Source of the DNA: Saprolegnia diclina VS20
Lineage: Eukaryota
DNA: 64,000 bases
Assembly: GCF_000281045.1 (NCBI RefSeq)
Contig: NW_008246069.1
Location: forward strand, 761,274-825,273
Direction: 5' to 3'
Shown here piece after piece: positions 47,863 to 60,861 of the stretch. A program made the position numbers and the translations under genes. The notes beneath the pieces are model-generated. The model was given only the letters and a program-made list of their open reading frames with translations, was not told the origin of the DNA and searched no databases. Each line of letters begins with the position of its first letter. Position 1 is the first letter of the stretch.

Positions 47863-50800
47863 ATGGCGAGCAGCATCCGCGATCGCCTCGAGGCCTTCTA
47901 CACGACGCACAACCCGACCAAGCTCGGCGAGATCGACAAGCTCCTCTCGCAGTTCGCCGGCGCCGAGGCGACGCTGCTTCAATCTATGCACCGCAAGTAC
48001 GGCGTCCGTGACCTCGAGAGTGACGTCGCCGTGGACGAAGTCTACGAGAACGAGCGCTACTCGTTCCTGACCATGGGCTTTGGGAGCTCATTTCCAGGTA
48101 GCTTAAAGCTCGTCTCGCGATTGGACTCGAGTCGCCGATGATAGGCCACCTCACGGTGCTGGACCGGAAGCGCTACAGTGGCAGCCACGGAACGCCTTCG
48201 TCGCAGGTCTTTGAGCAGGTCGAGCCGACGCTGCCCGAGAGCGCCGACCCGGCCTACCAGTGGGCATGGACTGGTCCGTGGGAAATTGACGCGGCGTACG
48301 TTCCGTGCGACCGCGATGGCTGGACGTATGCCTTTGATTTCTCCAAGTACGTGTGTGGTCGAGCTCGGGCAGAATCCGACACCTTGTTTGAGTAGCTTTT
48401 CGCCCATGCTTCTCAAGGACGAAGGCAAGGCGTCGCCTGGCATGACCGACTATGCGCGGTACGTACCATGAGCCTCTGATTTCCACACACAAGTACCATT
48501 CTAGACGGCGGCGGTGGGCACGGACGCGCATCTTGAGCCGTGTCGTCCCCGCAGTCGAAGATATCGAGATGCCAATCAAGCTCGAGCTGCAAGAACTGCC
48601 CGAGATTCCGCTGCCAGCACCCGACGCGAACCTCCCACTCCGTTTCTACTCGAAAAACCTCTCGCTCGAGTCGCACAAGAACGCGTGGAGCCACCAAGTG
48701 AATAAACTTCTGAAGCTCCACGCCCGTCTCGAGCACATCATGGCCGGACGCCTCCTCATGTGGAAGCGGACCAAAGTCGAGTTGAAGGCGCAAGCCAAGT
48801 CGACACTGGCCACGGTCAATGCACTGCGCGCTCAAATCACCGCTGACGAAAAGCGTGGCGTGAAGGACCTCGCGACGCAGTCGTCGCTGGACGTGCACCT
48901 CGCGCACTACGAAGACCTCAAGCGGCGCATTTGGTTTCCAAAGGAGAAGGGGTACCTTCTCCGAGGCAACCTCATCGGGCTCTTCGTCGGCATCAAAGAC
49001 ATTTGGGTCGACACGATCAAGCTTCAATTTGGCGCGTCCATTTCGCCATTACCGGACGGCACGGTGCGTACTCCGACTACATAGCTCGACGGCTCGACAC
49101 TCCCTCCTAGGTGCGCTGTCATGTCACGTTCAAAGGCCAAGTCACCATTCGGCTGCACGGTGTCAAGCTCAAGGCGGAGAAAGGCACGCGTGTGCCCAAC
49201 TCGCGCTGGTCGTCCGTGTTCCTCACCACGCAGTGTATCGGGGACCTCGGGCTTCTGTATAACGCTGCGGACGGTCACTGGACGCCTGAGCCGTCCAAGG
49301 GCATTGAATTCCACAAAATGCAGCTCAAAGTGACGGGTGCAGCGCTCATTGCTATATCAACTGATTGCTGACAAAATTTATCAACGCTAGGCGGCCTCGA
49401 CCTTCCCGATGGGCTCTTCAAGATGCTGTTGACCGAAGTCGCCAATACGCTGGTGCAGGAAGTGCTCTTTGCCCACTTCCCACCGGAGCTCGGCCCGCTT
49501 TTCCAATACGCGTCGTCCGCATTCGAGGTGTCGTAGGCTCTCAGAACACTCGCGTGCGACCTAGCCTAGGTGCGCGGCGAGCTGCAAGTCGAAGGGCCTG
49601 CGATTGCCGATCTCGTGGATGCGACGCTCGAGCCCGTGAACGAAGTACCACACGTCCGCCGGTATTTCCTAGAGTTTACACTCATCCTAGCGCGAAGAAA
49701 GCAAGATGTCAGTGCAGGCATTCGACGACATTGCGACGCTACTCGGCTTGACGCGGTCCCAGCTTAACTTGCTTGTGGGCCTCCGTGGGTTCCTCTTGTG
49801 CCCCAAGCCGCACTCTTTCCAGTCGCTACGAGCTATCGCTACGTACTTTCGAACGTACTGGCTGGCGCCGCACGTAGGCACCTAAATCTGATGGACCTGT
49901 GCGCGAAACGACCTAGGCAATGGACAACGTCGAGCCTGTCCTCGCCGAGTGGACGCAAACGTGGCAGCACCTCCTGGAGCTGCTGTTTCTCCAGCGCCAG
50001 CTCGATTCGCGCGGGTGTGCGTACGAGCTCTTTGACTTCGGAGCATGTGTGCTGCGCACCAAGTACACGTTTACAAAACAGGTTCATACACTCACCACTA
50101 CTACTAGGCGCGATGTGCTTGACAAGCACGTGCCCTGCCGCGTGCAGCTGAGTCACTTGGTCTGCAACGTCCAGCTCGCCAACGTGATCCAAGCCGCGAG
50201 CGACTTCTTCGCGCGCTATATGTCGGCGGCCAAAATTACGCCCAAAAAACCCAGTCCGGTGCGACCGAAGCTGCCTTTACGGTACCCTAACCTCTGTGAC
50301 AGGAAACCTCCGTCTACGGTATTCGCATTGGCCGCAAGTCGTGGACCGCAGCGAGTGGTGACGCACCCAGCATCACGCATACGGGTGCCCATTCGTCGAC
50401 TATACAATCCGAGGGTTTATATTCGAGCCTAGTGACAAAAGAAGTCGAAGCGCAGATCGCCGAAGTCCGAGCCCTTGGCGCCACCATTCAAATGCTCCTG
50501 GTTCGACGTCCCTTTAATCTATCGTGAGCTGATTGGATGCTGCTTAGAGCTCGTGCGCGGTTGAAGCATTGGCGTGCGATGTCGATGGCAAGATGACGGG
50601 CACCGATCGTGATGGTGTTCGCGACGCCAAGGTCAAGGTACGCGTCACCGACCTCCAAGCCCACGGCCGCGGCCCCATCAATTTTGACCAGCCTTTGGGT
50701 ACGTCAAACCTTCTCTCGCATGATCGAATTCATCGCTCAATGTTGGATAGCTCTGCTCTACGCCCTCGGTCAACTCTCGGTCGAGTCGTCGGCCGACCTT

Positions 50801-51365
50801 GGCGCCATTGACGTTGGCCTTCAGACGGCCACTGGCCTCACGATCGCCCACGCCAATCTCCGTGACGTGTACGCGCAGTGCGACTTGGACCTTACGCGCC
50901 TTCGACGCGAGGACTCGACGATTCCGCTCGTCATTACGTCCTGGGGACCAACGCGTGCGAAGATCGATCTCCACGAAGCGCTCACTGGCCGGGTCGGCGT
51001 CGCTATCACCGACGTCGACGCCCACTTGCAAGCGCTCTTGGAGGCTTTTTGCGCCGTCGTATCGAGCCAATTCAGCCTCGTACTCCCTCGTGTATCGGCT
51101 TTGGTCTCAACCTTGAGCGTAGGCGGGCGTGTGGCCAGCCAAAGTTGCGGCTTGCATCCTCAAGTACTGCTCGAGCGACGAATTTCTTGTCGCTTGGAGC
51201 GTGCGTCTCCGCCTCGACCCACGCGGCGCGTTGGTGCTGCAGCCTATAGACGACCATCCGCAGCCGTTCCAGTACTTTGACCACCTCCAGGTCGTGCCGC
51301 TCCTCCTCGATGTCGAAGCCATGGTACAGTTTTGGATCGAGACGCAGCTTGCCGCCAAACTGTAG
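47863..51365 (+). CDS. Large DysF (dysferlin/Pex23-type) domain protein, many exons
   Basis: EVYENERY, WAWTGPWEID, DRDGWTYAFDF, RRRRWARTR; N-terminal RLEAFY..HNPTK..KYG helical module. Confidence 0.72.
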
Positions 51366-51506
51366 TCGGTTGGAAATTTCTACGTTTTTTAAATAGAGAC
51401 TAGAAGCAAATACGTACCCTACGAATCTGAGTGTTTTCGTGTCTACTCGACGAGCCAAGCGCCCTAGGTAGAGACGTGAGGCACGAAAAGAGCCGCGCGG
51501 GTCCAA

Positions 51507-52745
51507 CTACACGACACTCGGCACTTCGAGCGTCTTGAGGGCGATGCGCTGCCGAAGCTCGCGGATCCGCTCCTCGAGGCGACCAATGTTGGCTTCCGCT
51601 AGCTCCACCTCGTCGCCCGTGGACGGCGGCGAGGCCACGGGCGGCGGTGATGACTCTGGCGACGGCGCGGCCGACTTTCGTCCTTGGCGCAAGGCCTCTT
51701 CGCGCGCCGCAATCTTCTGTTTGAGCCTTGCGATCGGGTCGTCCGGCTCAATGCAGTCGCCCACGAGCTGCCGCGCACGCTCGCACTCGTCCATCGAGAG
51801 GTTGATGACAATCGTCTGCGAGAGCGCCGTGAGTGGCTTCTTCCGCGGGACCTGCAGCTGCGGGTTTGTCCAGAGGTACTTGGACGGCTTGGTCAGCGAC
51901 GACGGGCCCAAAGCCATCTTTGCGACCGGCTCTTCGACCTTTATCGGCGGTGGCCGCTTCCCGACCGAGCTCAGCGCCGCTTTTCGGAGACTCTCGAGGT
52001 CAAAAACGGGCTCGGGCGACGGAGGCAATGGTGGTGCCATCGCCTGGACGGGAGACCCCGTGTTTACTTGGGCAACGTCCGCAGGGTACGGCGGTGGATG
52101 CATGAACCGAGTCGGCAGCATGGACGCATCGTGGTACATACCCGGAAGACTCTCGACCATGCCGTGGCGATGCACGCGAAGAAAGCCGTCTGCAGGCGCT
52201 TCCATGAAGACCTGTCGCTTGACAAACGTATGCGGCGACGCATCTGCCGAGAGCTTTCGCTTTTTCTTCTTCTTGGGCTTCTTGCGCTGGGCCATCGCTT
52301 GTTGCATCTTGCGGAGCGCGTCCGCCTTGCGTTGCGCAACGAGCACTTCGCGGAGGCTCTCTGCGTGCAGCTGCTTTTCCTTCAGATCATCGTCTTCGCC
52401 TGCAATGTCATCGCCGGAAATTTCGCCTTCCTCGCGGCGACCGCCATCTTCGGCGTCATCGTCTTCCATGCTCGAGGGTTGAGACGCCACGTATGCGTCG
52501 TCGTCATCGTATGCCTCTGGTGGGCGCGGCAGCGCTTCGTCTTCCTCCGACTCCTCCGACTCGAGATCGACGATCGCCGACTCGAGCGCCCGCGAGAGGA
52601 GCTTGGACGCATCGCCGTACTCGGCGACGGGCAGCGGCTCGTCCACGTCGTCGTCGAGTCCACGGGCTTGGGCTAGGTCATCCTCGTTGTCGCTGCTGCT
52701 GCTGCTCGAGACGAGGTCGATCACGTGGTCCGATGCCATGGCCAT
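51507..52745 (-). CDS. Hypothetical low-complexity protein, probably nuclear; intronless
   Basis: Long ORF with acidic tracts, REEGEI, NLS-like KKPKKKKKRK, Pro-rich segments, C-terminal coiled coil. Confidence 0.75.
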   Translation of the reverse strand: MAMASDHVIDLVSSSSSSDNEDDLAQARGLDDDVDEPLPVAEYGDASKLLSRALESAIVDLESEESEEDEALPRPPEAYDDDDAYVASQPSSMEDDDAEDGGRREEGEISGDDIAGEDDDLKEKQLHAESLREVLVAQRKADALRKMQQAMAQRKKPKKKKKRKLSADASPHTFVKRQVFMEAPADGFLRVHRHGMVESLPGMYHDASMLPTRFMHPPPYPADVAQVNTGSPVQAMAPPLPPSPEPVFDLESLRKAALSSVGKRPPPIKVEEPVAKMALGPSSLTKPSKYLWTNPQLQVPRKKPLTALSQTIVINLSMDECERARQLVGDCIEPDDPIARLKQKIAAREEALRQGRKSAAPSPESSPPPVASPPSTGDEVELAEANIGRLEERIRELRQRIALKTLEVPSVV

Positions 52746-53087
52746 GGAGCGATCGCGACTGCGGGCGGTGGATGGCGGCAGCTCAACTTTCGAATTTAGA
52801 AGCCGTGCTGAATCGAGTGGGTCTGCACTGCGAACATTTAAATACAACTTGGCATTTGTATGCCATAAAAATAAGAAGCGCTGTTAGCCGGGGCATTTGG
52901 GATTGGTCGATATTCTGAAAATTCCACCAATCGGCGAACCAACCTTGGATCCGGGCGAAAACGCGCGCCGCGGTTGGCGCTTCGAAATTTCCAATCTTCT
53001 CTTTTTCCGCGCAACGAAATGTATTGAGTTGCGTACTATGAGACAAGTTGACCAACAATAACGAAGAAGGCCGTGTCTACTAGCTCC

Positions 53088-54303
53088 TTAAATCTCTTCC
53101 TTCCATGTCGACCAGCACAGCTCGCACTTGTCTTTGCCGCGCGCCACGTTGACATAGATGCTCCCCGCATGCGGCTTGACGCGGTCTTCTTGCACAATCG
53201 CGAGCAGCATGGGCTCGATGCCTTTGCCAGCCCACTCCATCACGATCAAGTCGTGCACTGATGCATTCTAGTCAAAAGTCCCTTCGTCGTCTGCCTTCGA
53301 GTCCTAGTACATCGGTACCTTTTTGTGCGCAGCCTCCTTCTCAAAGAGCTGCGCTGCCTGCTTGGCACTGACGCGGAACTGCCGCGTTTGAATGAGCTTG
53401 AGGCACGGATTGCGAAGGGCGAGGTGCGCAATGTCCAGCGCCAGCAAGCTATTGCCCTACCCACAGTTCTTACGTCGTGGCTTCCGACATTTACTGGTAG
53501 AAACATACCGTTGAAATACACACAAAGCCCACATCGCCGTCCGACGACCGGTGGTGCAAGCCGTGCGCGATTGGCAACGTACTCTGCGCCAAGTCTTCGG
53601 AGTAACCGACCTCTTGAAGCACGTCTGCGGGCAAGCGTTGATGGACCGCTACAGCTTCGTTAGTGCACGAATGCTGGAAGTACGCTACCCGACGGCCAGA
53701 GCTCGATCGAAGAGGCGACGAATTTCCAGTTGCCAGAGGCCGGCGTAAAGTCAAAGACCTAAGAACGTAGAGTCGAAACTTTGGACGATGGTGCAAGGTA
53801 ACCTCGCTCCACTTGTTGTTCCAGATCGAGAACGAGGCTTTCGCGAGCTGGTCTGGCAGCGCAAAGTACGACGACCGGTAGCACCCAATGCGCAGATTCG
53901 ATGACGTTTCGATGATCGGCGCTGTCGCGCTCATGAGCTCAATGTCCATGTCGCGGCAGTCGCGGGTCCGAAACTGCTGCACGACGCACACAAGTGTTGT
54001 GCGCGTACAGTCGCGTACAAAGAGGCTCGCCGTGCAGGGCCCAACGAAAATCGCGCAGTCCGTGCACTGGTCGATCGTCACCGAGGTGCAGTGGTCGAGG
54101 AGGAAGATGGAGCACTGGGTGCAATCTTCAAGCACAAACTGCTGGCCATTCACACTGCCAGGCTTGCGCACGACTACGGCGTCACGGAGTCCCTTGCACA
54201 TGTAGTCGGCAGGGTTCAACGTCGGGTCCCGCCCGAACGAGCCGTCGAAAGGCTTCTTGGTCTTAGCAAGCTTCTTCACGGGCTTGGTTTTCGCATTCCC
54301 CAT
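53088..54303 (-). CDS. RP2: XRP2/RP2-like TBCC-domain protein (Arl3 GAP family), multi-exon
   Basis: MGN start; PGSVNGQQFVLEDC, VTIDQC, GPCTASLFVRDC, QQFRTRDC, PIIETS, NNKWS. Confidence 0.88.
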
Positions 54304-54582
54304 TGTCGAATGCCGGCGGTTATTCAGTCGCAACGGATATCGTGAGAGATGCTATACCAAGCATGCTTGCACCTCGCTTCGGGAGGGTAGTTTTTATAAA
54401 TCAATTTATACTATACCAGTGGACTAGGCTACGTGGTCTAAATGACTTATTGTCATTGCACTGCATGTTGAATGGGTTGAGGCAAGGCTCTTGACGGTGA
54501 TTGGTCCGCTCTAAGATTCGCTCGAATGTCCAACCAATCAAAGAGCATTTGTGAAGATCCGACGCCGAAAGGACACGGAGCG

Positions 54583-56157
54583 ATGTTGCAGCACGCGGTC
54601 ACGGTCGTCGGGCTGCTGCTCGCGACGCCCGTCCTAGCGTTCCACTGCGCACTCGTGGCCAAGACAGAAGGCTACCAGTCGCAGTACTCGGTCAACGTCT
54701 CGATTGGCACGCCATCTCAGACGTTCGATCTCATCATCGACACGGGGTCGTCCGACCTCTGGGTGCAAGGTGCGCTTCGTCGCTACAGCTCGCTTTGCGA
54801 ATCGTCGCCTAGGTACCGACTGCACGCAGTGCTATGTCGGCCCCAAGTTCAACTCGTCGCAGTCGTCGACGTTTGTGCCGGGCTGCGCTCGCGGCAGTTG
54901 CGACAACACGCTCGCGTATGGCTCAGGCGTCTCGACTGCGCGCGTCGGCCAAGACCGCATTGGTACGCACAACGATCGACAGGAGCGTAATCATGTGGTT
55001 ATGTAGCGCTCAATGGAGTGCCGCTCGTGGACCTCGTGCAGTTTGGCGTCGTGTACAGCGAGGACGCGAGCATCACCAACGTCCTACAAAACAGCGGCAT
55101 CCTTGGCCTCGGGTGACCCACACGCTCAACGTTGCTGCGTTTCTCATGCTACGTTTCTCTGCAGCTTTAGCGCCATGTCGTTCTTTACACACCCGAGCCC
55201 CGTCGAGTACATCTCGGACTTTGCCTTGTACCTCGATGGCACGAACAAGAGCGTGCTCTCCGTGAACCAAGTGCTCGACAAATACGCGGGGCCGCATGTC
55301 GCGTGGTCGACCATTCCAGTCGAAGAGGTAGCGGACTTTTCTGCAGATTCATGAAAGTGGATATCGAGTAGCTGGAGGGTCTCTACACGTACTGGACCGT
55401 GGGCCTGCCTGAAGCGACGTTTGGATCCACGCAGCTCTGCGGCAGCACCAAAAATCGATGCCAAGCAGGTAGTCTTCCCTCTTGAAGGGATCAGCTTACC
55501 AGTATATGCTGGTAGTGCTGGACAGTGGCACGGGCTTTATCGCGATCCCGCCGCAGCTTTGGATCGCGGTGCTGGGGGAGCTTCAGCAAGCTGGCTGCAT
55601 CATGCTCAACCGCGGCGGCCCCTTTGAGTGCATGTCGATGGCGTCCTTGCCGACGTTCCAGCTTGTCTTGGGTACGCAGGATACTAGCAGCAGCATTGCA
55701 CGGTCGGCTTCTAGGCACGCTGCAAGGCTACAAGGTGACGATCGAGCCGAGCATGTACGCGTTTCCAGTCGAAGGCGCCAGCACGGTGCTCGTCGGGCTC
55801 ATTGAGAGTCCGCTGAACCTGTGGATTCTCGGCAGTCTCTTCCTCCAGTACTACTACACGCGCTTCGACATTGCAAAGAAGCAAGTGCAAATGATCTCGC
55901 TTGTTGAAGCGCCAAAGGAGCTGGTGCCCGTGCCGATCGCGGCCGCGGACCAGCCTTCGTACTTTGATCAAATCTACGGTAATTTGCAACTGTCGGATCC
56001 AGTGCCTTCACGTATTGAGGTAGACGAGACGTACATGGAGCACCTCATGGTGCTCTTCATTGTGGGGGCGAGCGCCTTTATGATCTACACCCTCCTCTTC
56101 CGACAGCCGCAGCGGTCCAAGTACGAGCACGGCTACGTCCCTGACGGTACGCCATAG
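54583..56157 (+). CDS. Pepsin-like A1 aspartic protease with C-terminal TM, multi-exon
   Basis: Signal peptide; IGTPSQTF, IIDTGSSDLWV, GILGLG, VLDSGTG, WILGSLFL; TM LMVLFIVGASAFMIYTLLF. Confidence 0.92.
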
Positions 56158-56441
56158 CATGGAAGTCATCAATGAACGTATCGTGCTATCTAGATGTGCT
56201 CCTCGCCAAGCTCCTCTCCGACCAGCCGCCGCGCCGACGCTAAGTAGCACAAGATAGCATCAATGTACCATACGTCAATGTGATAAACCGCACCCCCGCC
56301 CACTGATTTGTGCGATGATTGGAGCTGGCAGGTCGATGGCAAGCCAACCACTGCAGTGAAAGGTCGTGCGCCGAGTGGTTCACCTGCTTCTAGTACGCTG
56401 CGTTGGCTCGCACCGTCGAGGAATAATAAACAGGCATCTCG

Positions 56442-57173
56442 TTATACGAAGTAGTTGACACGATTCTCAGTCGTGGCAACCGGGGCCGGCGCGGGCTCAT
56501 CTTGGCGCTGGAGCTTCATGAGGTCGGCCAGATTCGAGCCGCGAACGCTGCCAAACTTGCCTCTCGGCGCAATGTTATCCGTGTCGTCGTCGTCGACGCG
56601 TGGCGAGGCGCGCGGCTTCTTGTGTCGGGGCCGCGGTGCATCGCCCTCGGCAGGTGACGGTGCGCGGCCGTAGTGGCCCCGGGGCACGAGGTTCTCGATA
56701 CTGTCAGGGTGCGCGGGCAGCGTTTTCAGCACGAGGCTCATTCCGACTGCAATGACGCTCAAGGCGCAATTGAAGAAGGCAAAGACGATCATGGCTTGCA
56801 CACTTGTGCACGTACAGTACATGCCGAGGCCGCAGTTCATCTTGGGTGCAAGAAGGATACCAACGATCAAGTAGACGCCAGCGAGAACGCCGTCCATGAG
56901 TCGCTCCAAGAGCACGTCCGGCGACAGGCGGCCCGAGAGCGTGACGCAGATCAAGTACAAGACGCCGTACCCGAACGACGTGTACGCGGCCATCGCGAGG
57001 AAAAAGTGCCGCAGCTGCGCCGGGCGGTACGTGTCGTCGTCCGCGACGCCACTCAGCGTGATAGCCTTGTAGGCCGTAAAGAGGCTCAGCAAGGTCGCAA
57101 AGCCGCAGATCGCCTGGATCGCACGCAGCGCGGTCCAGAGCTGCCCTTCCTGCTGCGCGCGATGGCGAGACAT
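56442..57173 (-). CDS. Four-TM membrane protein (MARVEL/CASP-like), intronless
   Basis: Four hydrophobic helices starting LRAIQAICG; cytosolic tail with a repeated N(L/I)xPRG motif. Confidence 0.7.
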   Translation of the reverse strand: MSRHRAQQEGQLWTALRAIQAICGFATLLSLFTAYKAITLSGVADDDTYRPAQLRHFFLAMAAYTSFGYGVLYLICVTLSGRLSPDVLLERLMDGVLAGVYLIVGILLAPKMNCGLGMYCTCTSVQAMIVFAFFNCALSVIAVGMSLVLKTLPAHPDSIENLVPRGHYGRAPSPAEGDAPRPRHKKPRASPRVDDDDTDNIAPRGKFGSVRGSNLADLMKLQRQDEPAPAPVATTENRVNYFV

Positions 57174-58122
57174 GCTCAAATCGGAAACTGAGTGATGGCG
57201 AGCTGCACGCAACCGGATACGACCGCACGCAATCCGGATAAACATGCGACATGGTGACAACCGATGGGATCGGACGTGAAAAAAGTGTTGCGATCCAACC
57301 GAGCTAGAGACGGCGGCGGCGTTGGCACTCGGCGCCGACGGCACCGCCGAGAGCAGAAGACGTCGACGGCGGAAGCGGGCTTGCGTCCGTTGCTTGCATC
57401 CAGCGCGAATAATGATCGGCGACGAACTCGAAGGTGAGAGGCGACGCTGGCGACACAGGTCTCCGCACATCATTCAACCCACGCACGTCCGGACAAATGT
57501 GGTGCAATCGGGTCGAGGAAGCCATGGACGAGCAATGTCTACAGTCGCAACCGTGGAAACGCCCGAGAAGAGCCGTCTCGCGCTGCCGGCGTCGATGCAA
57601 GAATGCTGGACCATCGCAGATAAAACGAACGAGAAAGTGGACGAGATGGTGGGCGACAGAAACAACCATCGAGCGCTTACTGACCACACGTGTAGAGCTT
57701 CGTGAATACCACGTGGCTCGCATCAACCATCCTCGAAAGAGAATGAGAGCAGCGAGGCGAGTGAGCTGGGCGAGTGACGTGCATGTGGTAGGAGTTGGAT
57801 ATCAGGCAAGCTTGCAGCCGGCAAGCTTGCCATGGCGTCTGATATATGGGTCCAACCCCTGACCCTGCTGGCTCCGGATGACAAAGTACAAGAAAATGAT
57901 CGGAGGATCTCGGGTTCGATGATGCTGGTGTGGGTTCGAACCCTGCGAACCAAGGTGGCTTTTTGCACGGAAAGAAATGCATTGCAACTGTGGCTTCCAT
58001 ACTTTCAAGGTATCAATCCACCTGCTTCGTGACGTGGCGGGGCGAGAGGAGAGGAGTCTTCTTGTCGGACATCGGCGGTCTACAGAGACAGCGTCAATCA
58101 CAACTGTGATTGAAACGCAAAA

Positions 58123-59928
58123 TTACACGTCGCTGAACGCAAGTGGCAAGGCCTCGTCGCCGTGGTGCGCCGCTTCGTCGTGGAGCATTTGGACTAAGCG
58201 TTCGTACTTGACCTTTGTGCCTTTGGTTTCAAACTGGAGGCGCACAAAGCTCGTGAACTTGAGCTTCGAGAACTTGTAGCCAAAGCGTTTGATGTTCTTG
58301 CGCAAAACAGCGCCTTCCATGTACCCTGTCTCGTTCGGGTCGTCGAGCTTGAGGCCCGCGATAAAGACGTCGATTGTCACATCGCGCGCGGCCAGGTGCG
58401 CGAGCACCGCACGCGCCATCTTGCGCTGCAGCTGAAGCACGTCGGCGTAGTGCTCGATGACGATTTTGAGCTCGGCAGGGTTGACGCGCACGGTCGCGTT
58501 GATGAACGCCAGCTGCCGCGCAATGCGAGGCGCGAGCAGCACCATGTGCGCAACGATGAGGTACGCGAGGAGGCCGCCGAGGATGTAGTGGGAGGCACCC
58601 ACGTCCCGCGGAATGAGCACGATGAGCGCTTGGGCGAGGAAGCCAAAGTAGAGCGCGTTGAGTGTCAGGAGGACCTTGACACCGACATGCGTCGCCTTCC
58701 GCGAGAACCACGGAAGGTCCATCGCATGCTCGTCCATGAGCTGCGATGCTTGACGGTGCGACGCCGTCTTGTACTTGCAGCCCGTGACCTTGCGGAAGAT
58801 GGTCAAAACCAGGTCCCCGATGCTCGACCGGTCGTGGCGGTCGCTGAGGCCTTCGGCGACGTGGTGCATCTTGAGAAGTGCGTGCGACGACGTCTCCTGG
58901 ATACGCGACGACGCTTCCTACCGTAGGATATGTAGCAGTTGCGGGACCAAAAGTCTACGTGTACCTCGTCACCAACGCGCTTGAGCGACGCCGCGAGCGT
59001 GGCTTCGTCGCCGCCCGCGTGCAGCACCATGCGGTAGACGACGTTCTTGAGGTACGCGTACATGACGAGCATAAAGACTGGGCTTGCATAAGACAAAATA
59101 ACAAATAGCACAAAATTACCCGTGAGCGCGGCGATCGCGACCGCAATGACAATGAGGCGGATGTCGTGGACCTTCTTGCGCGTCTCGGGAAGGTTGAGAT
59201 CGTCGTGGTAGCTCACAAAGACGTCCGAGAGGAAGAAGAGGCCGCTGTAGACGAGGAGGAGCAGGATCCACGTCGACACTTCAACGTCAAAGAGCTCAAT
59301 GATCTCCGTGTCCTGGACCGCGCGCAAATACTTTGGGTAGCTAAAGAGCTGCGGCAACTTGTGCTTTGTGAGGAAGAAGTGGCGCACGATGCAGAGCTTG
59401 GACGCCGAGACGTACGGCTTGGGAATCGTGGCCAAAGCGCCATTGTTCGTCGCCTCTGCGTACAGCTCCTCGGACGTGTAGAGCGCCAGTGTATCGAGCG
59501 CGACGTTGCGCGCCTGAAGCCGCCAAAACATGAGCGCCGACTGCAGCGCGAGGGCGATCGCAAAGAAGAAGACCATGTCGTCGGCGACCTCCCACGCCTG
59601 GTAGGCGGGCGAGTCTTGCTCGACCGCGCCAAACTGCGAGAGGCGGTTGGAGCTAAACTGGATGAGACCACCGACCATGAGCTCTAGTGTGGGCGTGAGC
59701 CATGCAGTGTGGGCGGGACTCGGTACCTTTGTACATCTTGTTGAGCAGGACAAAGTACTTGGCGTGGCTCGCCGTGCGCCCCTCAAGGAGCTTGAGCCCG
59801 TAGCGGAAGACGACGACGAAGAGCACGGTCGCCATGAAGGCGTAGATCGTGCCACGCACAGAGTACTCGAGGCCCGCGTGGAAGAGCACGTCCGACGGGA
59901 ACGCTTCCGAGACCGGCGGCGCCACCAT
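58123..59928 (-). CDS. MLO-like multi-TM protein with C-terminal EF-hand-like domain, paralog A
   Basis: LNKMYKELMVGG, RHFFLTKH..FSYPKYLRA, FDVEVSTW, LPWFSRK..LNALYF; EF-like DDPNETGYMEG. Confidence 0.75.
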
Positions 59929-60861
59929 GTCGCTTGGATTGTTGTGCCAGGTGGAGGGTACCCAGTACGAAACCTCTGAAACTTTATATATCGCCGCACA
60001 CGATCGGCACCGTTCGAATCCGAATGCGATACACAAGCTGTAAAGTGCAGTCGTGATATGCTCGCATCCATACCGAGCGTATGTACGGGGTCGACTCGAG
60101 TACTTTGAGCTTGTTTGGACCCTTGGACAAGGCTCTGGACGGCGTGCCGTGATAACGTGCTGCACGCTCTCTTGTGTGGGAAATGCGGGAAATGTGGTAT
60201 TTGGGCGTTACGTCGTCATGTCGAAAGAATGGTTTGGCGCGTGGAAAATCAACACTTCGATCAAGCAGAGGACGTTTTTGCACAATTCGCACACTCGAAG
60301 GATAGAAGCAACGAGGGTTAGATTCAATAGTAGAGCCTCATCAAGCAGTTTCACAGCCCGCATAAGATACTCTACAAAGGGACATTCAACGAACTAGGCG
60401 GTAACAATCAGCTACGTGGATGCACCGTGAATCGGGACGTCCAGCTGCAAACACCGCACGCAGTCCTACAGAATCGAATTCGAATCGCCTCTGCTGCGGT
60501 AAGAGAGTTGCGTCGTCGCGTCGCCCCTGTTCGAACTTGGCACGCCGGTTGTGTGAGAGGCGGTGTGTAATCGTCGCATCCATTATTGTTTGGTTGTCTT
60601 TGATCGGAACGACAACGACGTCGAGAGATGGCTTCCAGATCATGCTTCCAGATGCAAAGACCTATTTCCAGGCTGCTTGACACAACAAATGAACCCTTTG
60701 TTTAAGTCTAAACTGGCGTAGTCAACCATTGGCTGCGCTGCGGGTTTTGTTTGCCCAGACGTCGTTCCGAGTTTCGAGATATCACAATCCCCCAACACGT
60801 GGAAAACGTTTTTCACGAACGATGGCTATGCATTTATAGAGGTCATTCGCCAATCGGCAGC

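Noticed and set aside
57535..57862. Possible small spliced gene (MSTVATVETPEK... or a frame containing RRVSW)
   Set aside because: An intron-like segment exists, but I could not build one convincing model; needs transcript data.
57925..57950. GTGGGTTCGAACCCTGC, resembling a tRNA T-arm / B-box
   Set aside because: No acceptor stem, D-arm or anticodon arm can be folded around it.
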